From: Auanema rhodensis
Taxonomy: Eukaryota > Animalia > Nematoda
Length of the DNA stretch: 64,000 nucleotides
Assembly: GCA_964057225.1 (NCBI GenBank)
Contig: OZ059898.1
Span: 21,514,001 to 21,578,000, forward strand
Direction of reading: 5' to 3'
The notes under the pieces are model-generated. The model was given only the letters and a program-made list of their open reading frames with translations, ran no database searches and was not told the origin of the DNA. Position numbers and translations under genes: made by a program. Each line of letters opens with the position of its first letter. Positions within the stretch are counted from its first letter, which is position 1. Shown one piece after another: positions 28,201 to 44,168 of this stretch.

Positions 28201-31200
28201 TGTACATTTAATTAGCATAAATTAAAGTTCACGTAAATTTCAAAGTCATGGTTACCATGAACCAATATCGATAAAAATTTGTTTTTAGACTAATATGGAC
28301 ATAGGGAATCTAATTTTGAAAACCGCATCTCTTTATCTTTCACGTGAAGCGAGTTACATACCAAGTGCACATCACGTGTACATTTAATTAGCATAAATTA
28401 AAGTTCACGTAAATTTCAAAGTCATGGTTACCATGCACCAATATCAATAAAAATTTGTTTTTAGACTAATATGGACATGGGGAATCTAATTTTGAAAACC
28501 GCATCTCTTTATCTTTCACGTGAAGCGAGTTACATACCAAGTGCACATCACGTGTACATTTAATTAGCATAAATTAAAGTTCACGTAAATTTCAAAGTCA
28601 TGGTTACCATGAACCAATATCAATAAAAATTTGTTTTTAGACTAATATGGACATGAGGAATCTAATTTCGAAAACCGCATCTCTTTATCTTTCACGTGAA
28701 GCGAGTTACATACCAAGTGCACATCACGTGTACATTTAATTAGCATAAATTAAAGTTCACGTAAATTTCAAAGTCATGGTTACCATGCACCAATATCAAT
28801 AAAAATTTGTTTTTAGACTAATATGGACATGGGGAATCTAATTTTGAAAACCGCATCTCTTTATCTTTCACGTGAAGCGGGTTACATACCAAGTGCACAT
28901 CACGTGTACATTTAATTAGCATAAATCAAAGTTCACGTAAATTTCAAAGTCATGGTTACCATGAACCAATATCAATAAAAATTTGTTTTTAGACTAATAT
29001 GGACATGGGAAATCTAATTTTGAAAACCGCATCTCTTTATCTTTCACGTGAAGCGAGTTACATACCAAGTGCACATCACGTGTACATTTAATTAGCATAA
29101 ATTAAAGTTCACGTAAATTTCAAAGTCATGGTTACCATGAACCAATATCAATAAAAATTTGTTTTTAGACTAATATGGACTTGGGGAATCTAATTTTGGA
29201 AACCGCATCTCTTTATCTTTCACGTGAAGCGAGTTACATACCAAGTGCACATCACGTGTACATTTAATTAGCATAAATTAAAGTACACGTAAATTTCAAA
29301 GTCATGGTTACCATGCACCAATATCAATAAAAATTTGTTTTTAGACTAATATGGACATGAAGAATCTAATTTTGAAAACCGCATCTCTTTATCTTTCACG
29401 TGAAGCGAGTTACATACCAAGTGCACATCACGTGTACATTTAATTAGCATAAATTAAAGTTCACGTAAATTTCAAAGTCATGGTTACCATGCACCAATAT
29501 CAATAAAAATTTGTTTTTAGACTAATATGGTCATGAGGAATCTAATTTTGAAAACCGCATCTCTTTATCTTTCACGTGAAGCGAGTTACATACCAAGTGC
29601 ACATCACGTGTACATTTAATTAGCATAAATTAAAGTTCACGTAAATTTCAAAGTCATGGTTACCATGCACCAATATCAATAAAAATTTGTTTTTAGACTA
29701 ATATGGACATGGGGAATCTAATTTTGAAAACCGCATCTCTTTATCTTTCACGTGAAGCGAGTTACATACCAAGTGCACATCACGTGTACATTTAATTAGC
29801 ATAAATTAAAGTTCACGTAAATTTCAAAGTCATGGTTACCATGCACCAATATCAATAAAAATTTGTTTTTAGACTAATATGGACATGGGGAATCTAATTT
29901 TGAAAACCGCATCTCTTTATCTTTCACGTGAAGCGAGTTACATACCAAGTGCACATCACGTGTACATTTAATTAGCATAAATTAAAGTTCACGTAAATTT
30001 CAAAGTCATGGTTACCATGAACCAATATCAATAAAAATTTGTTTTTAGACTAATATGGACATGAGGAATCTAATTTCGAAAACCGCATCTCTTTATCTTT
30101 CACGTGAAGCGAGTTACATACCAAGTGCACATCACGTGTACATTTAATTAGCATAAATTAAAGTTCACGTAAATTTCAAAGTCATGGTTACCATGCACCA
30201 ATATCAATAAAAATTTGTTTTTAGACTAATATGGACATGGGGAATCTAATTTTGAAAACCGCATCTCTTTATCTTTCACGTGAAGCGGGTTACATACCAA
30301 GTGCACATCACGTGTACATTTAATTAGCATAAATCAAAGTTCACGTAAATTTCAAAGTCATGGTTACCATGAACCAATATCAATAAAAATTTGTTTTTAG
30401 ACTAATATGGACATGGGAAATCTAATTTTGAAAACCTCATCTCTTTATCTTTCACGTGAAGCGAGTTACATACCAAGTGCACATCACGTGTACATTTAAT
30501 TAGCATAAATTAAAGTTCACGTAAATTTCAAAGTCATGGTTACCATGAACCAATATCAATAAAAATTTGTTTTTAGACTAATATGGACTTGGGGAATCTA
30601 ATTTTGGAAACCGCATCTCTTTATCTTTCACGTGAAGCGAGTTACATACCAAGTGCACATCACGTGTACATTTAATTAGCATAAATTAAAGTACACGTAA
30701 ATTTCAAAGTCATGGTTACCATGCACCACTATCAATAAAAATTTGTTTTTAGACTAATATGGACATGGGAAATCTAATTTTGAAAACCGCATCTCTTTAT
30801 CTTTCACGTGAAGCGAGTTACATACCAAGTGCACATCACGTGTACATTTAATTAGCATAAATTAAAGTTCACGTAAATTTCAAAGTCATGGTTACCATGC
30901 ACCAATATCAATAAAAATTTGTTTTTAGACTAATATGGTCATGAGGAATCTAATTTTGAAAACCGCATCTCTTTATCTTTCACGTGAAGCGAGTTACATA
31001 CCAAGTGCACATCACGTGTACATTTAATTAGCATAAATTAAAGTTCACGTAAATTTCAAAGTCATGGTTACCATGCACCAATATCAATAAAAATTGGTTT
31101 TTAGACTAATATGGACATGGGGAATCTAATTTTGAAAACCGCATCTCTTTATCTTTCACGTGAAGCGAGTTACATACCAAGTGCACATCACGTGTACATT

Positions 31201-34200
31201 TAATTAGCATAAATTAAAGTTCACGTAAATTTCAAAGTCATGGTTACCATGAACCAATATCGATAAAAATTTGTTTTTAGACTAATATGGACATAGGGAA
31301 TCTAATTTTGAAAACCGCATCTCTTTATCTTTCACGTGAAGCGAGTTACATACCAAGTGCACATTACGTGTACATTTAATTAGCATAAATTAAAGTTCAC
31401 GTAAATTTCAAAGTCATGGTTACCATGCACCAATATCAATAAAAATTTGTTTTTAGACTAATATGGACATGGGGAATCTAATTTTGAAAACCGCATCTCT
31501 TTATCTTTCACGTGAAGCGAGTTACATACCAAGTGCACATCACGTGTACATTTAATTAGCATAAATTAAAGTTCACCTAAATTTCAAAGTCATGGTTACC
31601 ATGAACCAATATCAATAAAAATTTGTTTTTAGACTAATATGGACATGAGGAATCTAATTTCGAAAACCGCATCTCTTTATCTTTCACGTGAAGCGAGTTA
31701 CATACCAAGTGCACATCACGTGTACATTTAATTAGCATAAATTAAAGTTCACGTAAATTTCAAAGTCATGGTTACCATGAACCAATATCGATAAAAATTT
31801 GTTTTTAGACTAATATGGACATAGGGAATCTAATTTTGAAAACCGCATCTCTTTATCTTTCACGTGAAGCGAGTTACATACCAAGTGCACATCACGTGTA
31901 CATTTAATTAGCATAAATTAAAGTTCACGTAAATTTCAAAGTCATGGTTACCATGCACCAATATCAATAAAAATTGGTTTTTAGACTAATATGGACATGG
32001 GGAATCTAATTTTGAAAACCGCATCTCTTTATCTTTCACGTGAAGCGAGTTACATACCAAGTGCACATCACGTGTACATTTAATTAGCATAAATTAAAGT
32101 TCACGTAAATTTCAAAGTCATGGTTACCATGAACCAATATCGATAAAAATTTGTTTTTAGACTAATATGGACATAGGGAATCTAATTTTGAAAACCGCAT
32201 CTCTTTATCTTTCACGTGAAGCGAGTTACATACCAAGTGCACATTACGTGTACATTTAATTAGCATAAATTAAAGTTCACGTAAATTTCAAAGTCATGGT
32301 TACCATGCACCAATATCAATAAAAATTTGTTTTTAGACTAATATGGACATGGGGAATCTAATTTTGAAAACCGCATCTCTTTATCTTTCACGTGAAGCGA
32401 GTTACATACCAAGTGCACATCACGTGTACATTTAATTAGCATAAATTAAAGTTCACCTAAATTTCAAAGTCATGGTTACCATGAACCAATATCAATAAAA
32501 ATTTGTTTTTAGACTAATATGGACATGAGGAATCTAATTTCGAAAACCGCATCTCTTTATCTTTCACGTGAAGCGAGTTACATACCAAGTGCACATCACG
32601 TGTACATTTAATTAGCATAAATTAAAGTTCACGTAAATTTCAAAGTCATGGTTACCATGAACCAATATCAATAAAAATTTGTTTTTAGACTAATATGGAC
32701 TTGGGGAATCTAATTTTGAAAACCGCATCTCTTTATCTTTCACGTGAAGCGAGTTACATACCAAGTGCACATCACGTGTACATTTAATTAGCATAAATTA
32801 AAGTTCACGTAAATTTCAAAGTCATGGTTACCATGCACCAATATCAATAAAAATTTGTTTTTAGACTAATATGGACATGGGGAATCTAATTTTGAAAACC
32901 GCATCTCTTTATCTTTCACGTGAAGCGAGTTACATACCAAGTGCACATCACGTGTACATTTAATTAGCATAAATTAAAGTTCACGTAAATTTCAAAGTCA
33001 TGGTTACCATGAACCAATATCGATAAAAATTTGTTTTTAGACTAATATGGACATGGGGAATCTAATTTTGAAAACCGCATCTCTTTATCTTTCACGTGAA
33101 GCGAGTTACATACCAAGTGCACATCACGTGTACATTTAATTAGCATAAATTAAAGTTCACGTAAATTTCAAAGTCATGGTTACCATGCACCAATATCAAT
33201 AAAAATTTGTTTTTAGACTAATATGGACATGGGGAATCTAATTTTGAAAACCGCATCTCTTTATCTTTCACGTGAAGCGAGTTACATACCAAGTGCACAT
33301 CACGTGTACATTTAATTAGCATAAATTAAAGTTCACGTAAATTTCAAAGTCATGGTTACCATGAACCAATATCGATAAAAATTTGTTTTTAGACTAATAT
33401 GGACATAGGGAATCTAATTTTGAAAACCGCATCTCTTTATCTTTCACGTGAAGCGAGTTACATACCAAGTGCACATTACGTGTACATTTAATTAGCATAA
33501 ATTAAAGTTCACGTAAATTTCAAAGTCATGGTTACCATGCACCAATATCAATAAAAATTTGTTTTTAGACTAATATGGACATGGGGAATCTAATTTTGAA
33601 AACCGCATCTCTTTATCTTTCACGTGAAGCGAGTTACATACCAAGTGCACATCACGTGTACATTCAATTAGCATAAATTAAAGTTCACGTAAATTTCAAA
33701 GTCATGGTTACCATGAACCAATATCAATAAAAATTTGTTTTTAGACTAATATGGACATGGGGAATCTAATTTTGAAAACCCCATCTCTTTATCTTTCACG
33801 TGAAGCGAGTTACATACCAAGTGCACATCACGTGTACATTTAATTAGCATAAATTAAAGTTCACGTAAATTTCAAAGTCATGGTTACCATGAACCAATAT
33901 CGATAAAAATTTGTTTTTAGACTAATATGGACATAGGGAATCTAATTTTGAAAACCGCATCTCTTTATCTTTCACGTGAAGCGAGTTACATACCAAGTGC
34001 ACATCACGTGTACATTTAATTAGCATAAATTAAAGTTCACGTAAATTTCAAAGTCATGGTTACCATGCACCAATATCAATAAAAATTTGTTTTTAGACTA
34101 ATATGGACATGGGGAATCTAATTTTGAAAACCGCATCTCTTTATCTTTCACGTGAAGCGAGTTACATACCAAGTGCACATCACGTGTACATTTAATTAGC

Positions 34201-37200
34201 ATAAATTAAAGTTCACGTAAATTTCAAAGTCATGGTTACCATGAACCAATATCGATAAAAATTTGTTTTTAGACTAATATGGACATAGGGAATCTAATTT
34301 TGAAAACCGCATCTCTTTATCTTTCACGTGAAGCGAGTTACATACCAAGTGCACATCACGTGTACATTTAATTAGCATAAATTAAAGTTCACGTAAATTT
34401 CAAAGTCATGGTTACCAAGCACCAATATCAATAAAAATTTGTTTTTAGACTAATATGGACATGGGGAATCTAATTTTGAAAACCGCATCTCTTTATCTTT
34501 CACGTGAAGCGAGTTACATACCAAGTGCACATCACGTGTACATTTAATTAGCATAAATTAAAGTTCACGTAAATTTCAAAGTCATGGTTACCATGAACCA
34601 ATATCAATAAAAATTTGTTTTTAGACTAATATGGACATGAGGAATCTAATTTCGAAAACCGCATCTCTTTATCTTTCACGTGAAGCGAGTTACATACCAA
34701 GTGCACATCACGTGTACATTTAATTAGCATAAATTAAAGTTCACGTAAATTTCAAAGTCATGGTTACCATGCACCAATATCAATAAAAATTTGTTTTTAG
34801 ACTAATATGGACATGGGGAATCTAATTTTGAAAACCGCATCTCTTTATCTTTCACGTGAAGCGGGTTACATACCAAGTGCACATCACGTGTACATTTAAT
34901 TAGCATAAATCAAAGTTCACGTAAATTTCAAAGTCATGGTTACCATGAACCAATATCAATAAAAATTTGTTTTTAGACTAATATGGACATGGGAAATCTA
35001 ATTTTGAAAACCGCATCTCTTTATCTTTCACGTGAAGCGAGTTACATACCAAGTGCACATCACGTGTACATTTAATTAGCATAAATTAAAGTTCACGTAA
35101 ATTTCAAAGTCATGGTTACCATGAACCAATATCAATAAAAATTTGTTTTTAGACTAATATGGACTTGGGGAATCTAATTTTGGAAACCGCATCTCTTTAT
35201 CTTTCACGTGAAGCGAGTTACATACCAAGTGCACATCACGTGTACATTTAATTAGCATAAATTAAAGTACACGTAAATTTCAAAGTCATGGTTACCATGC
35301 ACCAATATCAATAAAAATTTGTTTTTAGACTAATATGGACATGGGGAATCTAATTTTGAAAACCGCATCTCTTTATCTTTCACGTGAAGCGAGTTACATA
35401 CCAAGTGCACATCACGTGTACATTTAATTAGCATAAATTAAAGTTCACGTAAATTTCAAAGTCATGGTTACCATGCACCAATATCAATAAAAATTTGTTT
35501 TTAGACTAATATGGTCATGAGGAATCTAATTTTGAAAACCGCATCTCTTTATCTTTCACGTGAAGCGAGTTACATACCAAGTGCACATCACGTGTACATT
35601 TAATTAGCATAAATTAAAGTTCACGTAAATTTCAAAGTCATGGTTACCATGCACCAATATCAATAAAAATTGGTTTTTAGACTAATATGGACATGGGGAA
35701 TCTAATTTTGAAAACCGCATCTCTTTATCTTTCACGTGAAGCGAGTTACATACCAAGTGCACATCACGTGTACATTTAATTAGCATAAATTAAAGTTCAC
35801 GTAAATTTCAAAGTCATGGTTACCATGAACCAATATCGATAAAAATTTGTTTTTAGACTAATATGGACATAGGGAATCTAATTTTGAAAACCGCATCTCT
35901 TTATCTTTCACGTGAAGCGAGTTACATACCAAGTGCACATTACGTGTACATTTAATTAGCATAAATTAAAGTTCACGTAAATTTCAAAGTCATGGTTACC
36001 ATGCACCAATATCAATAAAAATTTGTTTTTAGACTAATATGGACATGGGGAATCTAATTTTGAAAACCGCATCTCTTTATCTTTCACGTGAAGCGAGTTA
36101 CATACCAAGTGCACATCACGTGTACATTTAATTAGCATAAATTAAAGTTCACCTAAATTTCAAAGTCATGGTTACCATGAACCAATATCAATAAAAATTT
36201 GTTTTTAGACTAATATGGACATGAGGAATCTAATTTCGAAAACCGCATCTCTTTATCTTTCACGTGAAGCGAGTTACATACCAAGTGCACATCACGTGTA
36301 CATTTAATTAGCATAAATTAAAGTTCACGTAAATTTCAAAGTCATGGTTACCATGAACCAATATCGATAAAAATTTGTTTTTAGACTAATATGGACATAG
36401 GGAATCTAATTTTGAAAACCGCATCTCTTTATCTTTCACGTGAAGCGAGTTACATACCAAGTGCACATCACGTGTACATTTAATTAGCATAAATTAAAGT
36501 TCACGTAAATTTCAAAGTCATGGTTACCATGCACCAATATCAATAAAAATTGGTTTTTAGACTAATATGGACATGGGGAATCTAATTTTGAAAACCGCAT
36601 CTCTTTATCTTTCACGTGAAGCGAGTTACATACCAAGTGCACATCACGTGTACATTTAATTAGCATAAATTAAAGTTCACGTAAATTTCAAAGTCATGGT
36701 TACCATGAACCAATATCGATAAAAATTTGTTTTTAGACTAATATGGACATAGGGAATCTAATTTTGAAAACCGCATCTCTTTATCTTTCACGTGAAGCGA
36801 GTTACATACCAAGTGCACATTACGTGTACATTTAATTAGCATAAATTAAAGTTCACGTAAATTTCAAAGTCATGGTTACCATGCACCAATATCAATAAAA
36901 ATTTGTTTTTAGACTAATATGGACATGGGGAATCTAATTTTGAAAACCGCATCTCTTTATCTTTCACGTGAAGCGAGTTACATACCAAGTGCACATCACG
37001 TGTACATTTAATTAGCATAAATTAAAGTTCACCTAAATTTCAAAGTCATGGTTACCATGAACCAATATCAATAAAAATTTGTTTTTAGACTAATATGGAC
37101 ATGAGGAATCTAATTTCGAAAACCGCATCTCTTTATCTTTCACGTGAAGCGAGTTACATACCAAGTGCACATCACGTGTACATTTAATTAGCATAAATTA

Positions 37201-40200
37201 AAGTTCACGTAAATTTCAAAGTCATGGTTACCATGAACCAATATCGATAAAAATTTGTTTTTAGACTAATATGGACATAGGGAATCTAATTTTGAAAACC
37301 GCATCTCTTTATCTTTCACGTGAAGCGAGTTACATACCAAGTGCACATCACGTGTACATTTAATTAGCATAAATTAAAGTTCACGTAAATTTCAAAGTCA
37401 TGGTTACCATGCACCAATATCAATAAAAATTTGTTTTTAGACTAATATGGACATGGGGAATCTAATTTTGAAAACCGCATCTCTTTATCTTTCACGTGAA
37501 GCGAGTTACATACCAAGTGCACATCACGTGTACATTTAATTAGCATAAATTAAAGTTCACGTAAATTTCAAAGTCATGGTTACCATGAACCAATATCGAT
37601 AAAAATTTGTTTTTAGACTAATATGGACATGGGGAATCTAATTTTGAAAACCCCATCTCTTTATCTTTCACGTGAAGCGAGTTACATACCAAGTGCACAT
37701 CACGTGTACATTCAATTAGCATAAATTAAAGTTCACGTAAATTTCAAAGTCATGGTTACCATGAACCAATATCGATAAAAATTTGTTTTTAGACTAATAT
37801 GGACATAGGGAATCTAATTTTGAAAACCGCATCTCTTTATCTTTCACGTGAAGCGAGTTACATACCAAGTGCACATTACGTGTACATTTAATTAGCATAA
37901 ATTAAAGTTCACGTAAATTTCAAAGTCATGGTTACCATGCACCAATATCAATAAAAATTTGTTTTCAGACTAATATGGACATGGGGAATCTAATTTTGAA
38001 AACCGCATCTCTTTATCTTTCACGTGAAGCGAGTTACATACCAAGTGCACATCACGTGTACATTTAATTAGCATAAATTAAAGTTCACCTAAATTTCAAA
38101 GTCATGGTTACCATGAACCAATATCAATAAAAATTTGTTTTTAGACTAATATGGACATGAGGAATCTAATTTCGAAAACCGCATCTCTTTATCTTTCACG
38201 TGAAGCGAGTTACATACCAAGTGCACATCACGTGTACATTTAATTAGCATAAATTAAAGTTCACGTAAATTTCAAAGTCATGGTTACCATGAACCAATAT
38301 CGATAAAAATTTGTTTTTAGACTAATATGGACATAGGGAATCTAATTTTGAAAACCGCATCTCTTTATCTTTCACGTGAAGCGAGTTACATACCAAGTGC
38401 ACATCACGTGTACATTTAATTAGCATAAATTAAAGTTCACGTAAATTTCAAAGTCATGGTTACCATGCACCAATATCAATAAAAATTTGTTTTTAGACTA
38501 ATATGGACATGGGGAATCTAATTTTGAAAACCGCATCTCTTTATCTTTCACGTGAAGCGAGTTACATACCAAGTGCACATCACGTGTACATTTAATTAGC
38601 ATAAATTAAAGTTCACGTAAATTTCAAAGTCATGGTTACCATGAACCAATATCGATAAAAATTTGTTTTTAGACTAATATGGACATGGGGAATCTAATTT
38701 TGAAAACCCCATCTCTTTATCTTTCACGTGAAGCGAGTTACATACCAAGTGCACATCACGTGTACATTCAATTAGCATAAATTGAAGTTCACGTAAATTT
38801 CAAAGTCATGGTTACCATGAACCAATATCGATAAAAATTTGTTTTTAGACTAATATGGACATGGGGAATCTAATTTTGAAAACCCCATCTCTTTATCTTT
38901 CACGTGAAGCGAGTTACATACCAAGTGCACATCACGTGTACATTTAATTAGCATAAATTAAAGTTCACGTAAATTTCAAAGTCATGGTTACCATGAACCA
39001 ATATCGATAAAAATTTGTTTTTAGACTAATATGGACATAGGGAATCTAATTTTGAAAACCGCATCTCTTTATCTTTCACGTGAAGCGAGTTACATACCAA
39101 CTGCACATCACGTGTACATTTAATTAGCATAAATTAAAGTTCACGTAAATTTCAAAGTCATGGTTACCATGCACCAATATCAATAAAAATTTGTTTTTAG
39201 ACTAATATGGACATGGGGAATCTAATTTTGAAAACCGCATCTCTTTATCTTTCACGTGAAGCGAGTTACATACCAAGTGCACATCACGTGTACATTTAAT
39301 TAGCATAAATTAAAGTTCACGTAAATTTCAAAGTCATGGTTACCATGAACCAATATCAATAAAAATTTGTTTTTAGACTAATATGGACATGAGGAATCTA
39401 ATTTCGAAAACCGCATCTCTTTATCTTTCACGTGAAGCGAGTTACATACCAAGTGCACATCACGTGTACATTTAATTAGCATAAATTAAAGTTCACGTAA
39501 ATTTCAAAGTCATGGTTACCATGCACCAATATCAATAAAAATTTGTTTTTAGACTAATATGGACATGGGGAATCTAATTTTGAAAACCGCATCTCTTTAT
39601 CTTTCACGTGAAGCGGGTTACATACCAAGTGCACATCACGTGTACATTTAATTAGCATAAATTAAAGTTCACGTAAATTTCAAAGTCATGGTTACCATGC
39701 ACCAATATCAATAAAAATTTGTTTTTAGACTAATATGGACATGGGGAATCTAATTTTGAAAACCGCATCTCTTTATCTTTCACGTGAAGCGAGTTACATA
39801 CCAAGTGCACATCACGTGTACATTTAATTAGCATAAATTAAAGTTCACGTAAATTTCAAAGTCATGGTTACCATGAACCAATATCGATAAAAATTTGTTT
39901 TTAGACTAATATGGACATAGGGAATCTAATTTTGAAAACCGCATCTCTTTATCTTTCACGTGAAGCGAGTTACATACCAAGTGCACATCACGTGTACATT
40001 TAATTAGCATAAATTAAAGTTCACGTAAATTTCAAAGTCATGGTTACCATGCACCAATATCAATAAAAATTTGTTTTTAGACTAATATGGACATGGGGAA
40101 TCTAATTTTGAAAACCGCATCTCTTTATCTTTCACGTGAAGCGAGTTACATACCAAGTGCACATCACGTGTACATTTAATTAGCATAAATTAAAGTTCAC

Positions 40201-43200
40201 GTAAATTTCAAAGTCATGGTTACCATGAACCAATATCAATAAAAATTTGTTTTTAGACTAATATGGACATGAGGATACTAATTTCGAAAACCGCATCTCT
40301 TTATCTTTCACGTGAAGCGAGTTACATACCAAGTGCACATCACGTGTACATTTAATTAGCATAAATTAAAGTTCACGTAAATTTCAAAGTCATGGTTACC
40401 ATGAACCAATATCGATAAAAATTTGTTTTTAGACTAATATGGACATAGGGAATCTAATTTTGAAAACCGCATCTCTTTATCTTTCACGTGAAGCGAGTTA
40501 CATACCAAGTGCACATCACGTGTACATTTAATTAGCATAAATTAAAGTTCACGTAAATTTCAAAGTCATGGTTACCATGAACCAATATCGATAAAAATTT
40601 GTTTTTAGACTAATATGGACATAGGGAATCTAATTTTGAAAACCGCATCTCTTTATCTTTCACGTGAAGCGAGTTACATACCAAGTGCACATCACGTGTA
40701 CATTTAATTAGCATAAATTAAAGTTCACGTAAATTTCAAAGTCATGGTTACCATGAACCAATATCGATAAAAATTTGTTTTTAGACTAATATGGACATGG
40801 GAAATCTAATTTTGAAAACCGCATCTCTTTATCTTTCACGTGAAGCGAGTTACATACCAAGTGCACATCACGTGTACATTTAATAAGCATAAATTAAAGT
40901 TCACGTAAATTTCAAAGTCATGGTTACCATGCACCAATATCAATAAAAATTTGTTTTTAGACTAATATGGACATGGGGAATCTAATTTTGAAAACCGCAT
41001 CTCTTTATCTTTCACGTGAAGCGAGTTACATACCAAGTGCACATCACGTGTACATTTAATTAGCATAAATTAAAGTTCACGTAAATTTCAAAGTCATGGT
41101 TACCATGAACCAATATTGATAAAAATTTGTTTTTAGACTAATATGGACATAGGGAATCTAATTTTGAAAACCGCATCTCTTTATCTTTCACGTGAAGCGA
41201 GTTACATACCAAGTGCACATCACGTGTACATTTAATTAGCATAAATTAAAGTTCACGTAAATTTCAAAGTCATGGTTACCATGCACCAATATCAATGAAA
41301 ATTTGTTTTTAGACTAATATGGACATGGGGAATCTAATTTTGAAAACCAAATCTCTTTATCTTTCACGTGAAGCGAGTTACATACCAAGTGCACATCACG
41401 TGTACATTTAATTAGCATAAATTAAAGTTCACGTAAATTTCAAAGTCATGGTTACCATGAACCAATATCGATAAAAATTTGTTTTTAGACTAATATGGAC
41501 ATGGGGAATCTAATTTTGAAAACCGCATCTCTTTATCTTTCACGTGAAGCGGGTTACATACCAAGTGCACATCACGTGTACATTTAATTAGCATAAATTA
41601 AAGTTCACGTAAATTTCAAAGTCATGGTTACCATGCACCAATATCAATAAAAATTTGTTTTTAGACTAATATGGACATGGGGAATCTAATTTTGAAAACC
41701 GCATCTCTTTATCTTTCACGTGAAGCGAGTTACATACCAAGTGCACATCACGTGTACATTTAATTAGCATAAATTAAAGTTCACGTAAATTTCAAAGTCA
41801 TGGTTACCATGAACCAATATCGATAAAAATTTGTTTTTAGACTAATATGGACATAGGGAATCTAATTTTGAAAACCGCATCTCTTTTTCTTTCACGTGAA
41901 GCGAGTTACATACCAAGTGCACATCACGTGTACATTTAATTAGCATAAATTAAAGTTCACGTAAATTTCAAAGTCATGGTTACCATGCACCAATATCAAT
42001 AAAAATTTGTTTTTAGACTAATATGGACATGGGGAATCTAATTTTGAAAACCGCATCTCTTTATCTTTCACGTGAAGCGAGTTACATACCAAGTGCACAT
42101 CACGTGTACATTTAATTAGCATAAATTAAAGTTCACGTAAATTTCAAAGTCATGGTTACCATGAACCAATATCGATAAAAATTTGTTTTTAGACTAATAT
42201 GGACATAGGGAATCTAATTTTGAAAACCGCATCTCTTTATCTTTCACGTGAAGCGAGTTACATACCAAGTGCACATCACGTGTACATTTAATTAGCATAA
42301 ATTAAAGTTCACGTAAATTTCAAAGTCATGGTTACCATGAACCAATATCGATAAAAATTTGTTTTTAGACTAATATGGACATAGGGAATCTAATTTTGAA
42401 AACCGCATCTCTTTATCTTTCACGTGAAGCGAGTTACATACCAAGTGCACATCACGTGTACATTTAATTAGCATAAATTAAAGTTCACGTAAATTTCAAA
42501 GTCATGGTTACCATGAACCAATATCGATAAAAATTTGTTTTTAGACTAATATGGACATGGGAAATCTAATTTTGAAAACCGCATCTCTTTATCTTTCACG
42601 TGAAGCGAGTTACATACCAAGTGCACATCACGTGTACATTTAATTAGCATAAATTAAAGTTCACGTAAATTTCAAAGTCATGGTTACCATGCACCAATAT
42701 CAATAAAAATTTGTTTTTAGACTAATATGGACATGGGGAATCTAATTTTGAAAACCGCATCTCTTTATCTTTCACGTGAAGCGAGTTACATACCAAGTGC
42801 ACATCACGTGTACATTTAATTAGCATAAATTAAAGTTCACGTAAATTTCAAAGTCATGGTTACCATGAACCAATATTGATAAAAATTTGTTTTTAGACTA
42901 ATATGGACATAGGGAATCTAATTTTGAAAACCGCATCTCTTTATCTTTCACGTGAAGCGAGTTACATACCAAGTGCACATCACGTGTACATTTAATTAGC
43001 ATAAATTAAAGTTCACGTAAATTTCAAAGTCATGGTTACCATGCACCAATATCAATGAAAATTTGTTTTTAGACTAATATGGACATGGGGAATCTAATTT
43101 TGAAAACCAAATCTCTTTATCTTTCACGTGAAGCGAGTTACATACCAAGTGCACATCACGTGTACATTTAATTAGCATAAATTAAAGTTCACGTAAATTT

Positions 43201-44133
43201 CAAAGTCATGGTTACCATGAACCAATATCAATAAAAATTTGTTTTTAGACTAATATGGACATGAGGAATCTAATTTCGAAAACCGCATCTCTTTATCGTT
43301 CACGTGAAGCGAGTTACATACCAAGTGCACATCACGTGTACATTTAATTAGCATAAATTAAAGTTCACGTAAATTTCAAAGTCATGGTTACCATGCACCA
43401 ATATCAATAAAAATTTGTTTTTAGACTAATATGGACATGGGGAATCTAATTTTGAAAACCGCATCTCTTTATCTTTCACGTGAAGCGGGTTACATACCAA
43501 GTGCACATCACGTGTACATTTAATTAGCATAAATTAAAGTTCACGTAAATTTCAAAGTCATGGTTACCATGCACCAATATCAATAAAAATTTGTTTTTAG
43601 ACTAATATGGTCATGGGGAATCTAATTTTGAAAACCGCATCTCTTTATCTTTCACGTGAAGCGGGTTACATACCAAGTGCACATCACGTGTACATTTAAT
43701 TAGCATAAATTAAAGTTCACGTAAATTTCAAAGTCATGGTTACCATGAACCAATATCAATAAAAATTTGTTTTTAGACTAATATGGACATGTGGAATCTA
43801 ATTTTGAAAACTGCATCTCTTTATCTTTCACGTGAAGCGAGTTACATACCAAGTGCACATCACGTGTACATTTAATTAGCATAAATTAAAGTTCACGTAA
43901 ATTTCAAAGTCATGCTTACCATGCACCAATATCAATAAAAATTTTTTTTTAGACTAATATGGACATGGGGAATCTAATTTTGTAAACCGCATCTCTTTAT
44001 CTTTCACGTGAAGCGAGTTACATACCAAGTGCACATCACGTGTACATTTAATTAGCATAAATTAAAGTTCACTTAAATTTCAAAGTCATGGTTACCATGA
44101 ACCAATATCAATAAAAATTTGTTTTTAGACTAA
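7262..44133 (+). repeat. 176-bp satellite array, about 209 monomers, with local higher-order repeats
   Basis: Uninterrupted 176-bp period apart from two 172-bp monomers (near 13365 and 14770); recurring diagnostic variants. Confidence 0.99.
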
Positions 44134-44168
44134 AAATTTGTTTTTAGACTGTTTTTAGACTTTAGACT
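44113..44168. other. Inversion breakpoint with nested templated repeats
   Basis: AAAAATTTGTTTTTAGACT (44113-44131), the same again (44132-44150), GTTTTTAGACT (44151-44161), TTAGACT (44162-44168), then minus-strand satellite CCCCATGTCC. Confidence 0.92.

Noticed and set aside
1-44133. CRISPR array or bacterial repeat locus
   Set aside because: Contiguous tandem monomers with no unique spacers and no cas genes; the RT is of eukaryotic LINE type.
44151-44168. De novo telomere addition (TTAGAC-like repeats)
   Set aside because: The units have unequal lengths (19, 11, 7 nt) and are exact suffixes of the adjacent satellite, not a regular hexamer array.
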